The notes under the pieces are model-generated. The model was not told the DNA's origin. It worked only from the letters and a program-made list of their open reading frames with translations, and searched no databases. Shown here piece after piece: positions 18,976 to 29,195 of a stretch of DNA of 64,000 bases (the first letter of the stretch is position 1; each line of letters begins with the position of its first letter). The stretch spans positions 101,771 through 165,770 of the forward strand of contig OZ246402.1 in assembly GCA_965230975.1 (NCBI GenBank), read 5' to 3'. The position numbers and the translations under genes were made by a program. This DNA comes from an uncultured Candidatus Saccharibacteria bacterium (GTDB lineage: Bacteria; Patescibacteriota; Dojkabacteria; J137).

Positions 18976-19485
18976 ATGAAATTATTACTAATATCTGGCG
19001 CTACACGACCTGGCAATATGACTAATCGAGCTGTTAAATTAGTCTGTGATTATATAAAATCAAAATACCCAAATGTTGATTTAACACTGGCCTCTCCTGC
19101 AGATTATAAGCTTGAGTACGATGATAAAAATCAAAATCCTGACTATATAAATCTTGTTAATGACTCAACTGCATTTATTATCATTACTCCTGAATATAAC
19201 CACGGGTATCCAGGAAAGTTAAAGAGTTTACTTGATTGTGCCTTTAACGAATATAAGGGAAAACCTGTTTTACTTGGTGGCGTTTCAGATGGCCCCTTTG
19301 GTGGAGCAAGAGCTATTGAAAATTTATCACCTGTAATGAAATGCCTAAGCTTAGTTATGTCAAAAAATGATCTTATATTCCCAAACATAAATAAAATAAT
19401 TGACGAAAACGGAAATAGCTTGGACCCACAGCACTACGAAAGGGTGACAAAAACTATAGATGAGTTTATAATCCGAGCTAACTAA
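18976..19485 (+). CDS. NAD(P)H-dependent FMN reductase / flavodoxin-like fold protein
   Basis: MKLLLISGATRPGNMT...FIIITPEYNHGYPGKLKSLLD matches the FMN_red family pattern. Confidence 0.7.
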   Translation: MKLLLISGATRPGNMTNRAVKLVCDYIKSKYPNVDLTLASPADYKLEYDDKNQNPDYINLVNDSTAFIIITPEYNHGYPGKLKSLLDCAFNEYKGKPVLLGGVSDGPFGGARAIENLSPVMKCLSLVMSKNDLIFPNINKIIDENGNSLDPQHYERVTKTIDEFIIRAN

Positions 19486-19518
19486 AACTCTAGTAGCTTA
19501 TATAAGCCAAATTTTGAC

Positions 19519-20877
19519 TTGAAAACCGAAGATATTGTTGATTCTATAGATATCGATAAAAACCCAATAGAAATTAAAAGCTTAGAAAACATTCGATCCC
19601 GATTGGAAAGTTTGAAGTGGCTTATTGAAAAGAAAATTTTTAACGAAATTATTGCAGACATTACTGCCCTACTTGTTTCACTAGATACTACAACCCAAGA
19701 AGGGAAAGATTTTAATAAAGCAGTAGAAGTTATTGCATCACTACTAACCAAACCAATCGAAGAAGGTTTTGTATTTTTTCAATGTATTCAAGATACAGAT
19801 AACAAACCTTTCATTATAATTTCTCCCGATAAAAGCTTTGCTGCATCTATATTCTTAAATGCAACACCAAAAAATATTCACACTGTTTTATTTCATGCAC
19901 ATATAGATGTTGTAAATACAACCCATTTAGCTGGCCAAAATAGTGTAAAACTAGCGACAAACAAATTTACTTGTACAGAATACATGTTTGGTAGAGGAAC
20001 AAATGACATGAAAGCCCAGGTTGCTTTAATGATTATGCTTATTCACTATTTCTATTACATGCAAAACTCTAACTTTTGTTGCATTATTTCAAGTGACGAA
20101 GAGATTTTTAGCCCAAGGCAAAAAGAATATATAAGAAGAATCAAAAATACTGGGATTTCTATTGATTTAGAACCTAATGGACACTCTACCGGCTTTGTTG
20201 ACCAGGTTTCTACAGAACCAAGCTTAACCTTTGTTCGAAATGAATTCATAAGCTGGCTACCTGATATTAATAGTACCGAATATAGACAAGTAAAAGATTC
20301 TTTTTTGAAAATTATTAAAATCAGGGCCTTAAGCGTACTAAACAAGAAATATATAAATACCAAATTTAAAATTAACATCATGTATTATGGCTCAGTACTA
20401 GAAGTTAATATATCCCCAGAACCAAGGGAAGAACTAGAGGAAATTGCTAGACTTGTTAAAAATGATTTTAAAAAATATTTTGACATTAATTGCCGTACAG
20501 ATAATACTCAAACATCAAGCCAAACTGTGCAATTAATGACTAATCATACCTATATAAATTTGATAAATAGAGTTTTTAAAGATTTAAATATTCCAAAAAG
20601 ATATGCAGAATTCCCCTCTAAAATTGCAACTACTCGAGAAAGTGCAGATGGGTATGCATTAACAATGTTCGAAGCTGGCTTTGGAACAGCTTTAACTTGT
20701 AGTTTTGAAAAAGAAATTGTAAATAAAAGCAGGGCAAAAAGTCAACTCATGTTTTCGAGCATTATTGAAGAAGGAGAAAGACATAGCCAAACTGAAATGG
20801 CATCTTTTAATGATTTAAACTCTGCGTTTTGGGTAATGGCAGGGATATGCAATCAAGCAATCGAACTTGAAAGCTGA
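19519..20877 (+). CDS. M20-family metallopeptidase/deacylase-like protein (divergent)
   Basis: LFHAHIDVV (HxDVV), MFGRGTNDMKAQVA (GRGxxDxK), IISSDEEI (EE metal/catalytic pair), and a late ERHSQTE His. A TTG start is possible a few nt upstream. Confidence 0.55.
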   Translation: MKTEDIVDSIDIDKNPIEIKSLENIRSRLESLKWLIEKKIFNEIIADITALLVSLDTTTQEGKDFNKAVEVIASLLTKPIEEGFVFFQCIQDTDNKPFIIISPDKSFAASIFLNATPKNIHTVLFHAHIDVVNTTHLAGQNSVKLATNKFTCTEYMFGRGTNDMKAQVALMIMLIHYFYYMQNSNFCCIISSDEEIFSPRQKEYIRRIKNTGISIDLEPNGHSTGFVDQVSTEPSLTFVRNEFISWLPDINSTEYRQVKDSFLKIIKIRALSVLNKKYINTKFKINIMYYGSVLEVNISPEPREELEEIARLVKNDFKKYFDINCRTDNTQTSSQTVQLMTNHTYINLINRVFKDLNIPKRYAEFPSKIATTRESADGYALTMFEAGFGTALTCSFEKEIVNKSRAKSQLMFSSIIEEGERHSQTEMASFNDLNSAFWVMAGICNQAIELES

Positions 20878-21163
20878 GGTTAAATCATTTCAGTAGCTGA
20901 ATTATTCCAATTTTATTAAACAAGGCTAGACAATCAAAAAAGCCATGATATAATGACCCAGCTCTATTTTCCAAAATAGAAACCAAAATAATTTGTCAAA
21001 TTCAACACTTACAAATTAAAATTAGTACAGCCAGAGAATACCTCAGGCAAACAAGTTTGATGCAAGAAACCTATGGTGCAGAACTCTGTTTTTCAGAGAT
21101 AATAACACAACTGTCAAATGCAAATAACATTTTTCAGTTATTTTATTTATTACCTTTCATAAA

Positions 21164-21517
21164 ATGAATACGGTAACAAATGCGGTTGCGACAAGTCAAT
21201 TTAACACTACAATTTTTGAACAAATTATTATTAAGAGCAAGGCAGTACAAGAATACCTAACCTCAAATCCAGAGTTTAAAGAGAAACTTATTACAATGGT
21301 GGAAAGCTTTCCAGGTCTTCCTAACTCAATCGAAGATATGATCCTTTACTACTTAAGAACGTTGGAGTATTACGACCTATATGAGTTAGACCCCTTCGAT
21401 CCAAGGTTAGATAGGGTTGATCAAAAATTAGAGGAATTAAGCACAAGGCTGGGTTTAAAATATGAAACCTCTAAAAATGTAAAATTAAAAGCAAGGCAAC
21501 TTCTTGCATATGCATAA
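21164..21517 (+). CDS. hypothetical protein
   Basis: 117-aa ORF followed by a strong terminator. No motif. Confidence 0.4.
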   Translation: MNTVTNAVATSQFNTTIFEQIIIKSKAVQEYLTSNPEFKEKLITMVESFPGLPNSIEDMILYYLRTLEYYDLYELDPFDPRLDRVDQKLEELSTRLGLKYETSKNVKLKARQLLAYA

Positions 21518-21537
21518 AAACATCGACAACGAGATTT

Positions 21538-21566
21538 TAAAAGCGGGCGAAAGCCCGCTTTTTATT
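21538..21566. terminator. bidirectional rho-independent terminator between convergent genes
   Basis: TTTTAAAAGCGGGCGAAAGCCCGCTTTTTATT is a perfect 7-bp GC stem with a GAAA loop, flanked by an A-tract and a T-tract. Confidence 0.6.
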
Positions 21567-21972
21567 AATTAGTTAAAGCCCAAAAGACTAGTTTATAGCC
21601 ATCTGGATCTTCAACTAAAAATTCTTTTCCTCCCCAATGATTCTTTTTTGTTCCAGTAATTATTTTATGAGTTGAAATATTGTCTCTTAAATAGGAGATT
21701 TCACTGACGATAGAAAAGGCCTGGCTAATATCATTTACCTCAACGTAGAAAAGTGTTCCCTGACCTCTTTTTTCAAAATTAGTTAAATATTGATATTCAA
21801 CAAATGGCTCTGTATTCTCATTGCAAAAATGAAACTCAAAATCGCCTAACTGCACTACAACCTTATCATCAGATAACTCAAGAACTTCTGCCCCAATCTC
21901 TTTGTAGAAATAGTGTGTCACATTTACATCTTTACAGTAAAGCACGTTAAAAGAAGAGCCTTTTTTATACAT
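21565..21972 (-). CDS. VOC-family (glyoxalase/bleomycin-resistance fold) protein
   Basis: 135 aa. C-terminal GGKEFLVEDPDGYKLVFW is typical of glyoxalase-fold proteins. Confidence 0.55.
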   Translation of the reverse strand: MYKKGSSFNVLYCKDVNVTHYFYKEIGAEVLELSDDKVVVQLGDFEFHFCNENTEPFVEYQYLTNFEKRGQGTLFYVEVNDISQAFSIVSEISYLRDNISTHKIITGTKKNHWGGKEFLVEDPDGYKLVFWALTN

Positions 21973-22057
21973 AAATAAATTTTAAGAACTTATATTTAAT
22001 TTTAACATTAAGTCTTTTTTTAATTTCAGCTATAATGTGAATTGTTTAAATTAAAAT

Positions 22058-22783
22058 ATGGTTTCAGTAATAATTCCAACTCTTAACGAAGAAAAGTATC
22101 TTCCCGACTTGCTATCTTGCTTAGAAAAACAATCTTTTAAAGAATTTGAGGTTATAGTTGCAGATGCCGGGTCTAAAGATAAGACTGTAGAAATTGCCCA
22201 AAGCTTTGGTGCAAAAGTTGTAGTAGGTGGTATTCCAAGCATTGGTAGAAATAATGGAGCAAATGTTGCAAATGGAGATATTCTTATTTTTATAGACTCT
22301 GATGTTAAATTTGACGAAGAATTTATTAAAAACTCTTTAAGTGAATTTAATGAAAAGAAGTTAGATTTTGCAGTCCCCTACTTTAAAACCGAAAGTGACA
22401 AGCTTAAGTATGCAATCTTTTTTTACAACGCCAATTTTTACAAAAGATTAATGCAATATACAAGGTTTCCAGATGGAACTGGCCAATTCTTTATTGCAAA
22501 ACGAGAGTCTTTTGAAGCTTTAGGTGGTTACAAATCTTTTCATGTTGCCGAAGACACAGATTTAGCTTGGAGAGCTGCAAGAAAAAAGTACAAGGTTGGT
22601 ACAGTAAGTCCAAGATTCTATTCTTCCACACGACGCTTAGAAAAAATTGGCGTGGCGTGGACACTCTTCTTTTGGTCGATTTTAGGGGTATTCATGTTTT
22701 TTGGTGTACTTCACAGAAAAGGAATTCAAGAGTTTGCACTTAAACTTTATGGAGGTTGGGGAAAACACAAAGCTCAAGCTTAA
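22058..22783 (+). CDS. family 2 glycosyltransferase
   Basis: MVSVIIPTLNEEKYL...FEVIVADAGSKDKT...FIDSDV (GT-A fold, DxD). Confidence 0.8.
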   Translation: MVSVIIPTLNEEKYLPDLLSCLEKQSFKEFEVIVADAGSKDKTVEIAQSFGAKVVVGGIPSIGRNNGANVANGDILIFIDSDVKFDEEFIKNSLSEFNEKKLDFAVPYFKTESDKLKYAIFFYNANFYKRLMQYTRFPDGTGQFFIAKRESFEALGGYKSFHVAEDTDLAWRAARKKYKVGTVSPRFYSSTRRLEKIGVAWTLFFWSILGVFMFFGVLHRKGIQEFALKLYGGWGKHKAQA

Positions 22784-23937
22784 TCACCTAAGGCTTGAAC
22801 CAGGGTATTCGCAGTTTCAAGTTTTGAGAATCTCTTCGCAAAAACTTTTAAAGACAATGATATTTGAAGATATTCATCTAAATTCATTTCTAAATAACTA
22901 CTCACCTCTTTTGAAAAATCTTTAGTATCTGCATTCTGATTTAGAATATTAACTCCAGTAATATTCTCAAAATCTTGCACTGTTTCGTTTTCTAACATTA
23001 CGACTGGCGTGCCTGATGCAATAGCTTCTAAAACAGATAAACTTTGAACTTCTAACAAAGATGCACTTACAAATACATTTGATTTGGATAAAACTTCAGA
23101 TATTACACTTTGTGAAGCCTTGCTTATTATCTCTACATCTAGTTTTTGAGCATTTATATATTCTCTTACCTCTTTTGCATAGCTTGCATCAAAATCACTG
23201 CCGATTAAAACCAATTTGGTAGCTTTGGGTAGATTTTCTAAAACTTTTAATAAATATTTTTGATTCTTTCTTTCAGAAATTAACCCAATATACGTTAAAA
23301 CTGGATTATTTAGCAAAAATTTAGGCTTCTCAGAAAAAAGTTCGTAGTCAATTGAATTTGGTACTATTTTTATAGGAACTTTTACACCCATCTTTTTTAA
23401 ATCCGTCTCACTTGCTTTATTAATTGCAATTACACCACTGGATTTATTAATAAACCTTATCACACTTGGCACTAATTGATATTTAGATAGTAGTCTTCCT
23501 ACAATATTTTCTTTAGGTACAAACTCCTCTATTTTTGAAAGTATTACATGTGGGTAAAAAAAGATTTTCTTGCTATTCTTTTTAGAATAATTTAAAGCAA
23601 TTTTTCCAATAGAACCTTCTGTTGTGGTTATAAAAACATCCGGATTAATTTGCTTTAAAGATTTAGTTAAAAAACTTCTTGTTTGAAAACCTTGGTTCAT
23701 AAATCTATCTAGCAAAGCTTTATTTGTTTGTTTGTCTCTTATTAAAGTCCAACTTTTTACCTCTACAGTAGTGTATCCACCCTGGGTTTGATAAATTTTA
23801 TTTTCATCTCCGAGGCAAAAAAGAGTTACATTATGACCTAATTCAGCCAAGCCTTCTACTTTAGATAGTGTGGCACGCAAAATTCCACCTCCTAAAGATT
23901 CAGTTGGATTATATTGAGAAACAAAAGCTATTTTCAT
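22780..23937 (-). CDS. family 4 (GT-B, group 1) glycosyltransferase
   Basis: MKIAFVSQYNPTESLGGG N-terminus, and an E..G.s.LEAIASGTPVV C-terminal nucleotide-sugar motif. Confidence 0.8.
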   Translation of the reverse strand: MKIAFVSQYNPTESLGGGILRATLSKVEGLAELGHNVTLFCLGDENKIYQTQGGYTTVEVKSWTLIRDKQTNKALLDRFMNQGFQTRSFLTKSLKQINPDVFITTTEGSIGKIALNYSKKNSKKIFFYPHVILSKIEEFVPKENIVGRLLSKYQLVPSVIRFINKSSGVIAINKASETDLKKMGVKVPIKIVPNSIDYELFSEKPKFLLNNPVLTYIGLISERKNQKYLLKVLENLPKATKLVLIGSDFDASYAKEVREYINAQKLDVEIISKASQSVISEVLSKSNVFVSASLLEVQSLSVLEAIASGTPVVMLENETVQDFENITGVNILNQNADTKDFSKEVSSYLEMNLDEYLQISLSLKVFAKRFSKLETANTLVQALGD

Positions 23938-24725
23938 TTAAGCTTTTCTATAATCATTAAGTGGCTTATGCCAAAAAAATGAAGTGGAGTTTTTTCTAAT
24001 ACCAAAATTGCGCCTCTAACTACCCTACCCACAATTCCAAATCTTCTTACCATTCCATCAAATCCTGGAAATACGTGTTTATGATAAATTATTGAATACT
24101 CATAACCTTCAACACTCTCTTGAAAAGACCTGGTAGCAGAATCTATTACCATTCTTAGCTCTTTATTTGAGTAATTTCTTACATGTGGTGCAAACTTTTT
24201 ATATATTGATTTTGGCATCCAAGGTAACAAAGGTATATTACCCCAATAGTATTTTTTTCCTATAAACATTCCATGAGTTTCAAATGGCCAACCACTGTTA
24301 GGGGTAAACAATATTATTTTCCCTCCTGGTTTTAGAACACGAAAGCATTCTCTTATTGTTTTTACATCGTCAACAACGTGTTCTAAAACCTCATTTTGAA
24401 AAACGATGTCAAACATATTACTTTCAAATTGAAGATCCTCTGCGGTGCTGACCTTTAAATTTTCCTTTTTAAATTCTGGATTTTGATCTAATGCTTTTTG
24501 TATTGACTCTGGGTCTATATCACTTCCATATACATTTTGTTCGCCTGTTAATTTTGCGAATTCTCTTAACCACACACCCTCTCCACACCCTAAATCTAAA
24601 ATCTTTCTATCTTTAAAATCTACAAGTGTTTTTAATATCTCTAACCTTCTTTGAAAGCCTTTTGAAAATGCAGTACCTGGCTTTCCAAGGTGCGCAAATT
24701 TAGTATCTTCTGGTAATTGTTTCAT
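23934..24725 (-). CDS. class I SAM-dependent methyltransferase
   Basis: Motif I ILDLGCGEGVW, and a post-I acidic loop (YGSDID), then LKPGGKIILFTPN. Confidence 0.8.
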   Translation of the reverse strand: MKQLPEDTKFAHLGKPGTAFSKGFQRRLEILKTLVDFKDRKILDLGCGEGVWLREFAKLTGEQNVYGSDIDPESIQKALDQNPEFKKENLKVSTAEDLQFESNMFDIVFQNEVLEHVVDDVKTIRECFRVLKPGGKIILFTPNSGWPFETHGMFIGKKYYWGNIPLLPWMPKSIYKKFAPHVRNYSNKELRMVIDSATRSFQESVEGYEYSIIYHKHVFPGFDGMVRRFGIVGRVVRGAILVLEKTPLHFFGISHLMIIEKLK

Positions 24726-24769
24726 AAGTCATATTTTAGACTGAAGAATTGAAAAAGTCACCCCGTGAC

Positions 24770-25696
24770 TTAACTTAATTTATCAAAAATATATTCTACA
24801 GCTGCTAAATTCTCATTCATTACACCTAGAGATTGGAAGTATATTATTTCACCTTCATTTTCCCTACCTAAAGATGGATTTAATACAACATGAGAGAGTT
24901 CAGTAAGTTTAGATTTGTCATAACCATCTTGTAAAGCCCAATAAACTGGTCCTTTTTCTTTTTCTAAATCTAGGTGAAAGTCAACAATTGTTTTAGCATT
25001 AAAAACCAAGTCTCTACTTATCTCTTCTGAATGAGCAGTAGAAATGACTAATTGACCGGGATGCAAATCCGAATACGAAAGCAATGATTCTTTTGAATAA
25101 GTTGAAGCTACAATAATGTCTGCACTTTGTATTACTTCTTCTTTGGTTGTCACTTTTACTTCTATACCTGTTTTAGATTTAATATATTCAATTGTATCTT
25201 GATGATTTTGTGGGTTTGAAGTAAAAGCATAAATCTCTTTTATATCTTTAACAGCGACTATTGCCTCAGCTTGTGTTTTCATTTGAGTACCTAAACCTAA
25301 TAAGCCAAGTCTAGTAGAATCTTTCTTTGCTAAATGTTTAACAGCAACAGCTGATTTTGCACCTGTTCTATAAACTACAATATCTGTACCATCTAAAACT
25401 GCTTCTAATTCGCCAGTCCTGAAATTAATTAACATATAGTAGCCTGTAACCACTTTATTCGAGGTTGAATTATTCCATGGCATATAAGGAGATCCCAAGA
25501 CTATAAATCTTTCAGAGTCTAGGTTAGTTGCAGCACCATAAAGATAATCACCCCCCTCTTTAGTATCTACAAAAGATCTGGGAGGTACTGTAATATTTCC
25601 ATGCCCTAATTTTTTATAAGATTCTTCTACCGCACTCACAAGCTCTTTCATATTGTAATTATCAAGAAATTGTTGGTTTGTAATGAATTTGTACAT
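24770..25696 (-). CDS. ornithine cyclodeaminase / mu-crystallin family (or archaeal-type alanine dehydrogenase) NAD-dependent enzyme
   Basis: 308 aa. Rossmann LGLLGLGTQMKTQAEAI, and overall OCD_Mu_crystall-like layout. Confidence 0.6.
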   Translation of the reverse strand: MYKFITNQQFLDNYNMKELVSAVEESYKKLGHGNITVPPRSFVDTKEGGDYLYGAATNLDSERFIVLGSPYMPWNNSTSNKVVTGYYMLINFRTGELEAVLDGTDIVVYRTGAKSAVAVKHLAKKDSTRLGLLGLGTQMKTQAEAIVAVKDIKEIYAFTSNPQNHQDTIEYIKSKTGIEVKVTTKEEVIQSADIIVASTYSKESLLSYSDLHPGQLVISTAHSEEISRDLVFNAKTIVDFHLDLEKEKGPVYWALQDGYDKSKLTELSHVVLNPSLGRENEGEIIYFQSLGVMNENLAAVEYIFDKLS

Positions 25697-25795
25697 GCTT
25701 TTTTAATAATAGATATATTTATAATAACAAGAATTACCCTGATTTAACTCCATGCATAACCGCATATTTTACATTCCATATTAGAAAATGTTAAA

Positions 25796-26611
25796 ATGGT
25801 GTCCGACATGGTGGACGTTAAAGATATAAAGCAAAATTTAATTATTTTAGGGCTAGAAGATTCAGAAGCTCGTATTTACATAGAGCTATTAAACCATGAA
25901 TCTTTAACAGTCCTTGAAATTGCATCATTACTAAACATTCCAAGAACCACTGTTTATAGGATTTGCGAGAAACTAGGTAAAAAACAGTTTGCAGAATGGA
26001 TAATCAAAGAGAATTCTACAAGAATAAAAGCTGTTAAACCTACAGATTTAAAACAGTTAATTGAATCTAAACGTGAAGAAGTTATCTCAGCAGAAACTGC
26101 ACTAAAATCTTTAGAAAGTATGATCTCTACTCCACTTAAAAATCTACCTGGAACACAAGTAAGATATTACCAAGGCAAAGAAGGTTTAAGGCAAATGATG
26201 TGGAATTGTTTAAAAGCTAAGGATGAAATTGTAGGTTGGTCTGTTTATGGTAGAGCTTCTATTATAGGAGAGTCATTTATGGATTCTTATGTAAACGAAT
26301 TTAAAAGAAGAAAGTTAGGAGATAGGGCTATTATGAACGAGAAAGGGCTTGAATATAATAAGATTCCCGAAAATCTAGTCAATCACCAACAGACCTTTGA
26401 AGATATGCGATTTATTCCAGAGAGTAAATTTTATATTGCGGGGGATACTAGTATTTACAACAATGTATTTGCATATTGTGTTTGGAATCACGGAGAAGTT
26501 ATTGGAGTGGAAATTGAAAACCCAGAAATAGTTAAGACTCAAAGATCTATTTTTAATATTCTGTGGGAAATTGCAGAACCAGTAGAGAATATACTTAAGA
26601 CTTCGAATTAA
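25796..26611 (+). CDS. TrmB-family transcriptional regulator
   Basis: N-terminal HTH LGLEDSEARIYIELLNHESLTVLEIASLLNIPRTTVYRICEKL, then a coiled region and a C-terminal effector-like domain. Confidence 0.6.
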   Translation: MVSDMVDVKDIKQNLIILGLEDSEARIYIELLNHESLTVLEIASLLNIPRTTVYRICEKLGKKQFAEWIIKENSTRIKAVKPTDLKQLIESKREEVISAETALKSLESMISTPLKNLPGTQVRYYQGKEGLRQMMWNCLKAKDEIVGWSVYGRASIIGESFMDSYVNEFKRRKLGDRAIMNEKGLEYNKIPENLVNHQQTFEDMRFIPESKFYIAGDTSIYNNVFAYCVWNHGEVIGVEIENPEIVKTQRSIFNILWEIAEPVENILKTSN

Positions 26612-27845
26612 TTATCCCTGCTACCTTCATACCGTTGTACACAGCTGTTTCCATTGTAGGAAATGACAAGTAATCTCCTGTAAAGTAAATATCATCTTTA
26701 CCTTGAAGGCTTCTTAATCTCTTAATATCTTTTACAGGTACAATAGGCATATTTTTTTGAAAGAAGGTAATTGAATGAATTTTTTTTATTTTAGCGTCTG
26801 AGAAATATCTTTTAAGTTCTTTCATCAAAATCATTCTTAACTTTACCTCTTCTAGCTCTTCGTCACTTTCAGACTTAAGATATGCTAATAAATATTTGTC
26901 TGATAATTTTCCAAATGTCATCCAGCTCAAATTAACTAAGCTTGATATCTCGTAATTTTTATATAACGGTTCTGCAAATATTCCAGCCCAAGAACCTCCA
27001 TTTAAAGGTAGCTCTTCCTCTACTTCAAAAATAATTGTGTAATACTTGGTTGTTTCAACCTTACTAATTGAAGTTTTAATAGGCATATTTTTAATGTGAG
27101 GGGTTGCTACCACAATTATATCTGTGGTAATTTCTTGGCCGTTAGCAAGGGTTACAGAACCTTTTTTAAAGCTATCCACTTGAGTATTTAAATGTATATT
27201 TACTCCATTATTACTTAAAGCCTTTGCTAATTTTGAAACAACTTTACTTGTTGGCAATAAATTTCCTGCTGACTCCATCCCTCCTTTTAAAAGCATCATC
27301 TCTAAAAAAGCAATTGCACTTATATAAGAAAGCTTATTGCCAGTTTGATAAGTAAATCCTGTAAAGAAAGAATCCACATATCTATAAATTAAATTCCTTT
27401 TCGAGAAAACTCTTCTAAAAATCTTATATAAAGTTTCTCCTTTCCCATCTGGTGTATAAAATCTTTTTTTATATGAATGTGCAAAAGGAATTGTTAATAG
27501 AATCAAAATTATTATTCTTTTAAAAGAGGTACCTTTCCCAATAATATTTGTTTGAAACTTCTTATATTTATTTCCTACTAACCAAAATCCGTAAACAGGT
27601 TTAAAATCCCTATATTCACCTTCTAAATCCAACTCTTTTACTAGTTGCTTAAAGTATTTATACCACTTGGCAACAATAAATCCACCTACGTCAATTTCTA
27701 CCCCTTCCACATTTACAGACATTACCCTACCACCTAATCTATCAGATGCTTCCACCAATTCTATTTGATAATTCCCTAACTTTGATAACTGATAGCAGGC
27801 TGTCATGCCTGATAATCCGCCTCCAATAACAACTACTTTTTTCAT
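26595..27845 (-). CDS. FAD-dependent oxidoreductase (amine-oxidase/protoporphyrinogen-oxidase-like fold)
   Basis: Dinucleotide-binding KKVVVIGGGLSGMTACYQLSK...EASDRLGGRV. C-terminal FAD motif IYFTGDYLSFPTMETAVYNGMKVA. Confidence 0.75.
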   Translation of the reverse strand: MKKVVVIGGGLSGMTACYQLSKLGNYQIELVEASDRLGGRVMSVNVEGVEIDVGGFIVAKWYKYFKQLVKELDLEGEYRDFKPVYGFWLVGNKYKKFQTNIIGKGTSFKRIIILILLTIPFAHSYKKRFYTPDGKGETLYKIFRRVFSKRNLIYRYVDSFFTGFTYQTGNKLSYISAIAFLEMMLLKGGMESAGNLLPTSKVVSKLAKALSNNGVNIHLNTQVDSFKKGSVTLANGQEITTDIIVVATPHIKNMPIKTSISKVETTKYYTIIFEVEEELPLNGGSWAGIFAEPLYKNYEISSLVNLSWMTFGKLSDKYLLAYLKSESDEELEEVKLRMILMKELKRYFSDAKIKKIHSITFFQKNMPIVPVKDIKRLRSLQGKDDIYFTGDYLSFPTMETAVYNGMKVAGIINSKS

Positions 27846-27965
27846 ATTAATGATGGTTTGTTTGAATATTAAAAAGTATATATTAATAAATTATGCACTT
27901 CCACATTAAATTGACATCTTAAACAAAAATATTGAATAATGGCAAAATAACTCTTACTTATTTTT

Positions 27966-29165
27966 ATGAATGTAGTAGACAAGCTTATACAAAATGCCTT
28001 AGAAAAAGGTGGAAAAGTTGCTACTTTTAAGGTTATTTTGCCAGATGGAACGGTCAAGCAAGCTGGAAAAGGAAAAAAAGATGACTTTGTATTTAGAATG
28101 AAAAGCAAAGAGGTATATTCTGCGGCAATACGAAAAGGCGAATTTGGCATAGGAGAACAATACATGTTGGGAAACTGGGATATTGAAGGTGATTTTATGA
28201 AAGCACTTAAACTTGCAGGGAGTGAAAGCTTAATGAAAGATGCCAGAAGGACAACAGTGTCTAGTGCTAGTCAAAAAGTTTTAAGACTTTTACAAACAAA
28301 CAACAAACACGAATCTTTAAAAAATGTAGCTTATCATTACGATTTAGGAAATGAATTTTATGCAAAATGGTTAGATAAATCTATGACTTATTCTTGTGCA
28401 TATTTCAAAACGGAGAAAGATTCTATAGATAAAGCTCAAGAACAAAAGTTAGAACATATTTGCCGAAAACTAATGCTTAAAAAGGGAGAAACTTTAGTGG
28501 ATATTGGTTCAGGTTGGGGAAGCATGCTTATTTACGCAGCCAAACATTATAGTGTAAAAGGTTATGGTGTAACATTATCAAAAGAACAGGTTGAATATGC
28601 TAACGAAAGAGCAAAAAAAGAGGGTGTTGAAAAGTTGGTTAAATTTGAACTTAAAGACTATAGAGATATCGATGGGAAGTTTGATAAGTTTGTTTCTATT
28701 GGAATGTTTGAACATGTTGGTAGAAAAAACTATAAAGCATTCTTTAAAAAGATAGATGAAATTTTAAACCCAGGAGCAATTGGACTACTTCATAGCATTT
28801 GTACAGACAGACCTTGGCCATATAATGCATATGCCTGGATTGAAAAATATATATTTCCTGGAGGAGAATTACCAACTCCTACTGAGATTCTAAACTACTC
28901 TACTTTACAAAAATTTGTACCTTTAGATTTAGAAAACCTTAGAATGCATTACGCTTTGACTCTTTCTAGGTGGTTAGAAAACTATGAAAAGATTTTTGAC
29001 CAAACAGCAAAAGAAAGAGGTATGCCATTTGCAAGAATGTGGAGGCTATATTTAGCAATGTCTCAATCAAATTTTGAGCAAGGTGATTTAAGGCTTTATC
29101 AATTGACTTTTAGTAAAGGAAGAACAAATAACATTCCTTTAACAAGAGAACATATTTATAAATGA
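27966..29165 (+). CDS. cyclopropane-fatty-acyl-phospholipid synthase family SAM-dependent lipid methyltransferase
   Basis: AYHYDLGNEFYAKWLDKSMTYSCAYF, a SAM motif LVDIGSGWGSMLIYAAKHY, and C-terminal YLAMSQSNFEQGDLRLYQLTFSK. The full CMAS architecture is present. Confidence 0.85.
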   Translation: MNVVDKLIQNALEKGGKVATFKVILPDGTVKQAGKGKKDDFVFRMKSKEVYSAAIRKGEFGIGEQYMLGNWDIEGDFMKALKLAGSESLMKDARRTTVSSASQKVLRLLQTNNKHESLKNVAYHYDLGNEFYAKWLDKSMTYSCAYFKTEKDSIDKAQEQKLEHICRKLMLKKGETLVDIGSGWGSMLIYAAKHYSVKGYGVTLSKEQVEYANERAKKEGVEKLVKFELKDYRDIDGKFDKFVSIGMFEHVGRKNYKAFFKKIDEILNPGAIGLLHSICTDRPWPYNAYAWIEKYIFPGGELPTPTEILNYSTLQKFVPLDLENLRMHYALTLSRWLENYEKIFDQTAKERGMPFARMWRLYLAMSQSNFEQGDLRLYQLTFSKGRTNNIPLTREHIYK

Positions 29166-29195
29166 TACTAACTTAACTTTTTATTTTTATTCATT

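Noticed and set aside
21565-21972. Calling the VOC-family protein a specific glyoxalase I or fosfomycin/bleomycin resistance protein
   Set aside because: Only the generic C-terminal beta-alpha-beta-beta-beta signature (FLVEDPDGYKLVF) is visible. The metal-ligand pattern needed to assign a subfamily cannot be established without an alignment.
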